NCBI GenBank assembly: GCA_002311855.1
Contig: DCAB01000012.1
Span: forward strand, 196,112-260,111
Source: Candidatus Dadabacteria bacterium UBA1144
GTDB taxonomy: Bacteria > Desulfobacterota_D > UBA1144
DNA: 64,000 nt
Direction: 5' to 3'
This document shows, in pieces, positions 56,418 to 64,000 of this stretch; the first letter of the stretch is position 1, and each line of letters opens with the position of its first letter. Position numbers and translations under genes: made by a program. A model generated the notes under the pieces. The model saw nothing but the letters and a program-made list of their open reading frames with translations. It had not been told where the DNA came from and made no database searches.

Positions 56418-56489
56418 GACGGTGTAGCTCAGGGGTAGAGCGACGCTCTCATAAGGCGTAAGTCGGAGGTTCAAATCCTCCCACCGTCA
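56418..56489 (+). tRNA. tRNA with CAT anticodon (elongator Met or lysidine-modified Ile2; G1-C72 pair argues against initiator)
   Basis: GACGGTG ta GCTC aggggta GAGC g ACGCT ctCATaa GGCGT aagtc GGAGG ttcaaat CCTCC CACCGTC a folds as a cloverleaf; CCA is not encoded. Confidence 0.85.
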
Positions 56490-56490
56490 T

Positions 56491-57426
56491 TTACCCTATA
56501 CTGATCATTTTATGTATGGCTGATTTTGCCTTAGCTGCAATTTCTGGGGGGACTCGAACTTCAGGGGCCTCCTTTTCAAGGGCATGTAAAACTTTTTCAA
56601 CCGTAATCATTTTCATGTATTTGCACGTTGCCCCTTTGTTGATAGGAATAAAATTTTTATGAGGCGCGAGCTTCTTCATCTTGTGTATTATCCCGGTTTC
56701 TGTAGCAACGATTATGTTTTTATTAGCGGAGCTTGTAGCTTTAGTAATCATTGCTTCTGTAGATAAAAAATGGATATCTTTATCTTTGTTTTTTTCCGAA
56801 TAATACATTGCCTGAGAACCACAAGCGCATTCTGGATGAATTAACACTTCAGAGTCTGGAAACTCCTCCCGGAGATTTTTGATTTCTTCATAAGTCATTG
56901 CAGCGTGCACATGGCATTCACCAGGCCAAATATTAATTTTTCTGTTAGCCTTTTTTTGAACATATGCCCCCAGAAACATGTCGGGTAAAAATAAAATCTC
57001 TTTATTTTTATCAATGGACTCAACAATCTTCAAAGCATTTGAAGAGGTGCAACAATAATCACTTTCGGCTTTTATCTCCGCAGAAGTATTGACATACGAA
57101 ACAACTACTGCGTTTGGATTTTTCTTTTTCCACTCTTTAAGCTGATTTATGTTTATCGATTCAGCGAGCGAGCAACCTGCGTCTAGATCAGGCAACAAAA
57201 TTTTTTTTTCAGGGCATAGTATCGATGCTGTCTCAGCCATAAAATGGACACCACAGAAAACCATTATTTCAGCCTTAGTTTCCGCCGCCTTTTTAGATAA
57301 TCCTAGCGAATCACCTACAAAATCAGCTATGTCTTGAACTTCTGGGATTTGATAGTTATGAGCAACTATTATTGCGTTTTTAGCTTTTTTTAGTTCGTGA
57401 ATTTTATTTATCATAGACGGATTCAT
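56491..57426 (-). CDS. nadA: quinolinate synthase
   Basis: 311 aa with IIVAHNYQ and three Cys for the 4Fe-4S cluster. Confidence 0.9.
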   Translation of the reverse strand: MNPSMINKIHELKKAKNAIIVAHNYQIPEVQDIADFVGDSLGLSKKAAETKAEIMVFCGVHFMAETASILCPEKKILLPDLDAGCSLAESININQLKEWKKKNPNAVVVSYVNTSAEIKAESDYCCTSSNALKIVESIDKNKEILFLPDMFLGAYVQKKANRKINIWPGECHVHAAMTYEEIKNLREEFPDSEVLIHPECACGSQAMYYSEKNKDKDIHFLSTEAMITKATSSANKNIIVATETGIIHKMKKLAPHKNFIPINKGATCKYMKMITVEKVLHALEKEAPEVRVPPEIAAKAKSAIHKMISIG

Positions 57427-57432
57427 AAGTCT

Positions 57433-58281
57433 CTATTTTAACACATTGATTGAAATATTTAAGAATGGAGCTGAGTGTGTAATTCTACCAACGGAAACAT
57501 AATCGATGTCCAACTTCGAGATTGTCTTTATCTTTTTTAGATTAAGATTTCCTGAGAGCTCAATTTCTGCCCTACTGGAATTTCTAATAATTTTTATAGC
57601 TTTTGTGATTTCTTTAACATTAAAATTATCTAACATGATCCTATTTATTTTAAATTTTACTGCATCATTAATTTCGCTAATCTTTTTTACCTCTACTTCT
57701 ATTTTTTCTTTAGTGGGGGTTTTAGATATTTTTTCTAGTGTTTTTCTGATATTCCCACAAATTTTTATATGGTTATCTTTAATTAAAATTAGCTGCGACA
57801 AGTCCTTTCTGTGATTCTGACCCCCTCCGATTGTGACGGCATATTTTTCGAGATATCTCCAGCCCGGAGTAGTTTTTCTCGTGTCTAAAAGCTTAATTTT
57901 ACTTTTTTTCAATTGAGTGATATAGGTATTGGTCAAGGTCGCAATTCCACTAAGTTTTTGGAGAAAATTTAATATTATTCTCTCACAAGGAATAACTTTG
58001 CTTGCAGGTCCAGTAATAATAGCTACCCTCGCATTGTTTTTTATCTTGTCTCCTTCGTTATAATCCCACTTGATTTTTATTTTTTTGTCAATTTTTTTTG
58101 CCACGTAATTGATTACTTCTCTACCACATAAAATTCCAATTTCATTAAAATATATGCCTACTCGAACCCTTCTTGAATCAAGAAGTATTTTGCTCGTAAT
58201 ATCGCGGTGAATCTTGTCTTCGGCTAGAGCAAATTTCAGAATGCCGTCAATACTTTTTTTTAAAGCATTGTTCATCGGCAA
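57433..58281 (-). CDS. nadC: nicotinate-nucleotide pyrophosphorylase (carboxylating)
   Basis: 282 aa QPRTase with LDTRKTTPGWR. Confidence 0.85.
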   Translation of the reverse strand: MPMNNALKKSIDGILKFALAEDKIHRDITSKILLDSRRVRVGIYFNEIGILCGREVINYVAKKIDKKIKIKWDYNEGDKIKNNARVAIITGPASKVIPCERIILNFLQKLSGIATLTNTYITQLKKSKIKLLDTRKTTPGWRYLEKYAVTIGGGQNHRKDLSQLILIKDNHIKICGNIRKTLEKISKTPTKEKIEVEVKKISEINDAVKFKINRIMLDNFNVKEITKAIKIIRNSSRAEIELSGNLNLKKIKTISKLDIDYVSVGRITHSAPFLNISINVLK

Positions 58282-58282
58282 T

Positions 58283-59293
58283 TTATTTAACTTCCCAGGT
58301 TTCTCCGGAGGAAAGAAGCTTTTGCAAGTCAGGTGGGAATTTAGATTTTGCTAACTCAATTTGAGATTCCAAAGAATCTTCAAAGGTCGCCCTTAATGTT
58401 TTCTTCAGCACACCCATTGGAACTGGATATTCTGGAAACTTCATGTCAGTAACCATTCTAATTAGCACGGAATCAGTTTCATCATAGACCACGACATTAT
58501 CAGGAACGTTGCCGGGTTCAATATCTACTATGTCAAATTTTCCATATCCCACAACCAGCCCTTTGTCGAGATTCTTGCCAAAGACCAAAGGTTTTCCATG
58601 CTCAATTTTAATGTTGTTGTCATCACGGATGGATCTCTCGGTAAAATCATCAAAAGCATTGTCGTTATAAATATAGCAATTTTGATAGATGTGAAGGAAC
58701 GAGGTGCCTTTATGATTGTAGGCTTGAACAAGTAAGTCAACAAGTTCTTTAACGTACGAAGCAGAAATTTGAGCAATAAATGATGCACCACATTCTAAAG
58801 CTAAGCCAACGGGATCAGACGGTTCTTCAATGGTTCCATAGGGAGCGGTTTTGTTAATCATCCCTTTCTGGCTTGTTGGTGAATATTGACCTTTCGTTAA
58901 GCCATAAATCCTATTGTCAAAAAGAAGAATGTTCATATCGACATTTCTTCTAAAAGCATGGACAAAATGATTTCCTCCGATAGAAATAGCATCCCCATCG
59001 CCTGTTACAACCCAAACGGCCAATTCTGGATTAGAAATCTTTAGTCCGGTCGCGACCGGAATAGGTCTTCCATGAATGGTGTGGAAGCCATAAGTTCCCA
59101 TATAATAGGGGAGTCGTGATGAACAGCCAATTCCCGATACTACAGCATGCTCATTTTTTGGCCTACCGATTTGAGCCATGGCCATTTGAACAGCTTTCAA
59201 AATTGCATAATCTTCACAGCCCGGACACCATCTTGGTTCCGCATCAGATTTAAAATCGTCTGCCTTATATTCAGTTTGTTTTGTAGTACTCAT
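58283..59293 (-). CDS. korB: 2-oxoacid:ferredoxin oxidoreductase beta subunit (ThDP-binding)
   Basis: 336 aa with WCPGCEDYAIL and the ThDP motif GDGD..SIGGNH. Confidence 0.85.
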   Translation of the reverse strand: MSTTKQTEYKADDFKSDAEPRWCPGCEDYAILKAVQMAMAQIGRPKNEHAVVSGIGCSSRLPYYMGTYGFHTIHGRPIPVATGLKISNPELAVWVVTGDGDAISIGGNHFVHAFRRNVDMNILLFDNRIYGLTKGQYSPTSQKGMINKTAPYGTIEEPSDPVGLALECGASFIAQISASYVKELVDLLVQAYNHKGTSFLHIYQNCYIYNDNAFDDFTERSIRDDNNIKIEHGKPLVFGKNLDKGLVVGYGKFDIVDIEPGNVPDNVVVYDETDSVLIRMVTDMKFPEYPVPMGVLKKTLRATFEDSLESQIELAKSKFPPDLQKLLSSGETWEVK

Positions 59294-59307
59294 AATTTCT
59301 CTTTAGA

Positions 59308-61161
59308 TTAATGCTCCTTTAAAGACTCTAGCTCCCTATTAATAAAATTTGTTAGTTCAGAAACATAAATGGGTTGTCCCGTAACTCTACCGAGAAAAGA
59401 GGTATCAATTAAAAATTTTGATCTAATTATCGTATTTAATTGTCCTAAATTTAATTCTACAACCCCAACTTTTTTAAACTTTCTAAGAATATTTCCAAGA
59501 TTCCTAGGCAAGGGATTTAAATATCTGATGTTTATCATTGCAACTTTCTTGCCAGCACCGTTCACTGCTTCTATTGCGGCCCTCATGCTTCCAAGAGTGC
59601 TTCCCCAGCCGACAAGAAGCAAATCCGCATTCTTATCTCCAATAATTTCCAAATCTGGAATATCATTTACAACTCTTTGAACTTTTTCTGCTCTCAATCT
59701 GGTCATTAGATCATGATTGTCGGGGTCTTGTGTTACATCGCCAGTTTCATTAGTTTTTTCGAGGCCGCCGATGGTATGCTCCAACCCCTTGGTCCCAATT
59801 CTGACCCAGTCTCTGGCTAGTGTTTCCTTGTTTCTTTTATAGGGCAGATACCCCTTAGGATTAGTTCTAAAAGATGTCTTAATTTTAGGAATTTCTTTTA
59901 AATTGGGAATTTTCCATGGCTCAGACGAGCTAATTAAAAACCCCTCTGATAATACAACAACGGGAGTCATATATTTAGTCGCAAGCCTTACCGCTTCAAT
60001 GGAAATCCAAAAACAATCAGCAGCAGTTGAAGGAGCAAGCACTATAACGTGAGAGTCGGATGGTCTTCCAAACAAAGCCATTCCCAAATCTCCCTGCTCT
60101 GTCTTTGTTGGCATGCCAGTTGAGATTCCTGACCTCATATAATCAAAAACTACTAGTGGTAATTCTGTCATAACGGCGAGATTTAAAGCTTCTATTTTTA
60201 AAGCGAGTCCAGGGCCTGAGCTGCCTGTGATACCGAGGGACCCTCCGTAGGCAGCACCTAATGCCATGGTTATAGCGGCAATCTCATCCTCAGTTTGAAT
60301 TGTATAAACATTAAATTGTTTTAAAGCCGCAAGAACGTGTAGAATTTCACTCGCAGGCGTAATGGGGTAACCGGAATATACTATTGGTAAATCGATTTTT
60401 TCTGATGCCGCTAAGAGGCCATACGCAGTCGCCAAAGCTCCATTAATGTTTCTATAAGTACCTGGCTCTAGTTTTGCCGGGGGGACCGTGTACATAACTG
60501 GAAAAATTTCCATTGTATCGCAAATATTAAATCCTGTATGAAGGGCCTTGACATTTGCTTCGAGAATCATGGGTTTTTTTGAAAATTTTGATTTTAAAAA
60601 ACTCTCGATTGGTTCCAATGGTCTGGAAAACAGCCATGCTACTATACCAAGGGCCAAAAAATTTTTACATCTCAATTTGTCTTTATGCCCCATATCAAAA
60701 TCATCCAAAGCCTCTACTGTAAGTTTAGTTATTGGTATTTTATGAACTCTAAAGTCAGCTAGTGTTCTATCGTTCAGATCTAGAGGATTAGAATCAAACC
60801 CAGCTTTTTTTAAATTCTTGTCAGTAAACTCATCTTCGTTTACGACTATAATCCCACCCTTGTTAACCGTACTCAAATTAACTTTTAATGCGGCTGGGTT
60901 GAAGCAAACAAGTACATCGGGCGTATCTCCAGGAGTGTATATGTCCTTTGAAGCAAATTGAATTTGGTAAGACGACACACCGTACGTCGTTCCTTGTGGA
61001 GCTCGAATCTCCGAGGGAAAATCTGGAAAAGTTGCAAAATCGTTTCCGACAACAGCTGTTGTATTTCCAAATTGATCGCCAGTTAATTGTATTCCATCAC
61101 CAGAATCACCAGCAAATTTAACGGTGACCGTTTCAAGAATATCTTCTTTGTGGATGCCCAT
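59308..61161 (-). CDS. korA: 2-oxoacid:ferredoxin oxidoreductase alpha subunit (gamma-alpha fusion)
   Basis: 617 aa with an N-terminal gamma-like domain (KFAGDSGDGIQLTG, ATFPDFPSEIRAP) plus the alpha pyrimidine-binding and transketolase-C-like domains. Confidence 0.85.
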   Translation of the reverse strand: MGIHKEDILETVTVKFAGDSGDGIQLTGDQFGNTTAVVGNDFATFPDFPSEIRAPQGTTYGVSSYQIQFASKDIYTPGDTPDVLVCFNPAALKVNLSTVNKGGIIVVNEDEFTDKNLKKAGFDSNPLDLNDRTLADFRVHKIPITKLTVEALDDFDMGHKDKLRCKNFLALGIVAWLFSRPLEPIESFLKSKFSKKPMILEANVKALHTGFNICDTMEIFPVMYTVPPAKLEPGTYRNINGALATAYGLLAASEKIDLPIVYSGYPITPASEILHVLAALKQFNVYTIQTEDEIAAITMALGAAYGGSLGITGSSGPGLALKIEALNLAVMTELPLVVFDYMRSGISTGMPTKTEQGDLGMALFGRPSDSHVIVLAPSTAADCFWISIEAVRLATKYMTPVVVLSEGFLISSSEPWKIPNLKEIPKIKTSFRTNPKGYLPYKRNKETLARDWVRIGTKGLEHTIGGLEKTNETGDVTQDPDNHDLMTRLRAEKVQRVVNDIPDLEIIGDKNADLLLVGWGSTLGSMRAAIEAVNGAGKKVAMINIRYLNPLPRNLGNILRKFKKVGVVELNLGQLNTIIRSKFLIDTSFLGRVTGQPIYVSELTNFINRELESLKEH

Positions 61162-61185
61162 TATGTTTGCCCCGTAACACGAATG

Positions 61186-61228
61186 TGAATTGATTAGTTA
61201 ACATGAATTTGAATTGATTAGTTAACAT
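61186..61228. repeat. tandem direct repeat 2 x TGAATTGATTAGTTAACAT (24-bp period) in the korA 5' region
   Basis: Copy 1 at 61186-61204 and copy 2 at 61210-61228, 25-45 bp upstream of the korA start; each copy contains GTTAAC. Confidence 0.5.
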
Positions 61229-61285
61229 TAACAACGCGCAGGGATGATTATAGCATTGTTTTTTTCTAATACAATCCAATTGCCC

Positions 61286-62893
61286 TTATTGGTGCTCGGA
61301 ATATGTAAATCTCAATGTTTTATTAAAAATCTTCCAATTTATATGCTTAAGCCATTTGTCAGACTGAGATGAAAAATCTTCTCGTACATGGACACCTCTT
61401 GACTCTTCTCTAAGCAAGGCTGATTTTGTAATTAAATAGACTATTGTCTTTAAATTCATCAACCTGCTATCGATTAAATCAAAGGAATCAAGATCGTTCT
61501 TTTTTATAGTGGATATTTCGCTTAGCGCAAATAGAAGATCTTTTTTGTTTCTTAAAATGCCGACATAATTATTTACGACTTGGGACAAAGCTATCCTGTG
61601 GCTTAAATATCTTTCAACTTTTTTATCTGAAGAAACCAATGAGTATTTGATAGATTTTTTAATCAGAGAGGAAGGAATTTTCTCAAATTTTCTTGATAAT
61701 TCAACTGCGGAATCTATAGCGCGTTTTGCAAAAACTAAACATTCCAATAAGGAATTACTTGCAAGCCTATTTGCACCATGTACTCCAGAACAAGCTACTT
61801 CCCCACATGCGTAAAGATTCATTATGTTCGTACGAGAGAACAAATCAGTTTTTATTCCTCCAATCATGTAGTGTGCAGCTGGAGAAACAGGTATGTCATC
61901 TTTAGTTATATCTATACCTTCTCTCATACAAAGCTCGTATATATTTTTAAATCTCGTTTTTATTCTTGATGAATCTAAATGTTTTAGCGAAAGAAAAACA
62001 TTCTTTTCCCCATTGGCCCTCATTTCATTAAAAATCGCCCTAGCGACTATGTGCCTGGGAGCCAATTCCATCTGATCAGAATAGTTTTCCATAAATCGTT
62101 TTTTTGAATGATTAATTAGTTTTCCACCTTCTCCTCTTAATGCCTCTGATATCAAAAAACTTTGAGACCCGTTTTTTGAGAAAGCCGTTGGATGAAATTG
62201 AACAAACTCCATATCTGTAACAACCGCACCAGCATCAATTGCCATTGCAATGCCATCACCTGATGTGCTTGATGGATTTGTAGATTTATAATAAATTCCA
62301 CACCCTCCTCCCGTTGCCAAAATTGTAGCCTTGGAATGAATAGCAATTTTGTTTTTTTTGTTGTCGTCGAAGACCAAACAGCCAAAACATGATTTAGAGT
62401 TTGAAAAAAGATTCATAACATAAGCATCTTCCAAAATTTTTATATTTTTTCTTTTTTTAATTTCTTTCGAAAGAAGATCAACAATTGCCTTTCCCGTTTC
62501 ATTACCCAGGGCATGCAAAATTCTTCTTCTGCTATGCCCCCCTTCTATTCCAAAGTCGAGCCCTGTTTCACTTCCATCAAATTCCACGCCTTGCTCTATT
62601 AATTCGAGGACCCTTTGTAATCCTTCGTTTACCATTATATTCACACCTACCTCATTGTTAAGGCCACATCCAACCGAAATTGTGTCATCATAATGAAAAT
62701 CTACTGAGTCATAGTTATCAATTGCGACAGCGATACCCCCTTGGGCCCAATATGAATTACTTTCTTGAATGGAAGATTTGGTTAGAATCAAGACATTGCC
62801 AAAATTTGAAGCATATAAAGCCGAATAAAGACCAGATAGTCCTGATCCAACAATTAAAAAATCGGTTTTTATCTCTTTAACTTTGCTACTCAC
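61286..62893 (-). CDS. nadB: L-aspartate oxidase
   Basis: 535 aa with an FAD Rossmann fold (DFLIVGSGLSGL), a succinate-dehydrogenase-flavoprotein-like catalytic domain and a capping domain. Confidence 0.9.
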   Translation of the reverse strand: MSSKVKEIKTDFLIVGSGLSGLYSALYASNFGNVLILTKSSIQESNSYWAQGGIAVAIDNYDSVDFHYDDTISVGCGLNNEVGVNIMVNEGLQRVLELIEQGVEFDGSETGLDFGIEGGHSRRRILHALGNETGKAIVDLLSKEIKKRKNIKILEDAYVMNLFSNSKSCFGCLVFDDNKKNKIAIHSKATILATGGGCGIYYKSTNPSSTSGDGIAMAIDAGAVVTDMEFVQFHPTAFSKNGSQSFLISEALRGEGGKLINHSKKRFMENYSDQMELAPRHIVARAIFNEMRANGEKNVFLSLKHLDSSRIKTRFKNIYELCMREGIDITKDDIPVSPAAHYMIGGIKTDLFSRTNIMNLYACGEVACSGVHGANRLASNSLLECLVFAKRAIDSAVELSRKFEKIPSSLIKKSIKYSLVSSDKKVERYLSHRIALSQVVNNYVGILRNKKDLLFALSEISTIKKNDLDSFDLIDSRLMNLKTIVYLITKSALLREESRGVHVREDFSSQSDKWLKHINWKIFNKTLRFTYSEHQ

Positions 62894-64000
62894 GATGTAA
62901 CCACTTTTGTTAAACTGCTTTTCATGGCTTTTATCTCTTCAGTGTTAAGTAATTTTTTCCCGCCAATTGTTTTTACATAAAATGAATCATCGACGGAGCC
63001 TCGTTTCGTAGAAATTTTTACAAATCCAATAACTAAATCATGATTTTTTAAAGTCTTGGATATATCATATAAAATCCCCGGCCTATCAGTTGTACTTAAT
63101 TCAATTATTGTAAAATTTTTTGATGATAAATTATCTACATTGATTTTCGTCTTGATTTGTCTGCCATTTGAATTCATATACTTGCTTGAGATTAGTTCAG
63201 AAGCGGGCAAAGGTTTGTTTGATTCAAACTTGCTTTTCATAGAGTCCCATATACCTCTTTCACGGAAAGTAGATTGACCAAATCTATTTATTTCAAAAGT
63301 ATAAAGAACAAGATTGTTTTTTAATGAAGTAACTCTGCCTGAAAAAATATTTATGCTCGATGATGACAAAGCAGCACAAATTTCTACGAACCCAACATTG
63401 TGATTCTTGGACCATATCGTTAATTGGTCTATATGATTTTTTTGACTGTATTTTACACCCAGTGCTAGATTTTCGTTGCTTTCTAGAAGAAGTCGTACCT
63501 GGTAAATAAGTTCTTCAGATGAGTAATTATTGAAATATGATGATAATTTTTTACCACAAACTTTTTCAAGCTCATTTCTGTCAATTTGTTTAAAAACTTG
63601 ACCTTCTTTTCTGTTTCTAGAGGACAACTTTGACATCTTAATGATTCCTTCTTTTCTTTTAGACATCAGATTTATTGTTTTTTTAAAAATTGTTGACAAT
63701 AAATTTCCTTTCCAAGTTGACCAAACATCAGGCGCTACACTTCTGAGATCACAAAATGTCAGAATAAAAAGAAAGCTAAGTCTTTCAATGGTTTTTACTT
63801 TATTTTTGAACTCTTTGATGAGTCGAGAATCATCTAAATCTCTCTTTTGTGAACATGATGACATCGATAAATGTTCATCAACTAAAAACTCTACGGATTC
63901 AATAACTTCTTTATCGACAAATAGCCTTCCGCATATTTTTCGAACCATGCCTGCCCCGCGTTGAGCATGATTATCACCGTATCCTTTGCCGATATCGTGC
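62890..64000 (-). CDS. glnD: [protein-PII] uridylyltransferase/uridylyl-removing enzyme GlnD, C-terminal part (N-terminus beyond window)
   Basis: The reading frame stays open past 63948 to the window end and encodes the HD motif HDIGKG. Two ACT domains at the C-terminus (GILYDISKTL, VKISTKRGSVDDSFYV). Confidence 0.8.
   Translation of the reverse strand, partial: HDIGKGYGDNHAQRGAGMVRKICGRLFVDKEVIESVEFLVDEHLSMSSCSQKRDLDDSRLIKEFKNKVKTIERLSFLFILTFCDLRSVAPDVWSTWKGNLLSTIFKKTINLMSKRKEGIIKMSKLSSRNRKEGQVFKQIDRNELEKVCGKKLSSYFNNYSSEELIYQVRLLLESNENLALGVKYSQKNHIDQLTIWSKNHNVGFVEICAALSSSSINIFSGRVTSLKNNLVLYTFEINRFGQSTFRERGIWDSMKSKFESNKPLPASELISSKYMNSNGRQIKTKINVDNLSSKNFTIIELSTTDRPGILYDISKTLKNHDLVIGFVKISTKRGSVDDSFYVKTIGGKKLLNTEEIKAMKSSLTKVVTS

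Noticed and set aside
1-64000. CRISPR arrays, transposases, integrases, prophage blocks
   Set aside because: No regularly spaced repeat-spacer array was seen, and no ORF translation resembles a transposase, tyrosine/serine recombinase or phage structural protein.

Overview
This is an AT-rich bacterial chromosome segment, almost fully coding and mostly transcribed from the minus strand. The core genes run as follows.

- **1-23 kb:** partial PMM/PGM (minus), trpE-trpG-tadA (plus), then jag-yidC-yidD-rnpA-rpmH, a 265-aa orphan, ilvB, leuA, metG, holB, tmk, rluB-like, an AhpD-like protein, an APH-family kinase (plus), tilS, a DUF502 protein, HU/IHF, pheT and mnmE. rpmH is not in the ORF track.
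- **35-45 kb:** dnaA-dnaN-pheA-hisC-tyrA, a 684-aa membrane Fe-S oxidoreductase, then pabB-pabC. Three DnaA boxes sit immediately upstream of dnaA.
- **45-64 kb:** hisG-murA-prmC, yggS-proC-yggT-yggU, an Fno-like F420:NADP oxidoreductase, an orphan groES, cofC-like, xth, dnaB, a small Zn-ribbon gene, glycerate kinase, yhhQ, tRNA-Met(CAT), nadA-nadC, korB-korA, nadB and a partial glnD.

The most unusual part is a catabolic module of apparently higher GC at about 23.3-34.9 kb. On the plus strand, after a near-consensus sigma70 promoter, it carries an acyl-CoA dehydrogenase, an SCP-x/Ltp2-type thiolase with a DUF35 partner, a MaoC hydratase, and an AmiS/UreI-family channel with its own terminator. 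Converging on the minus strand are an aldehyde dehydrogenase, two tandem paralogs of the acetoacetate-decarboxylase-like (ADC) superfamily, a sirtuin, a nitroreductase-family protein and a second DUF35 plus thiolase pair.

No CRISPR array, transposase or integrase is visible. All calls rest on reading the translations and sequence by eye; no searches were run.
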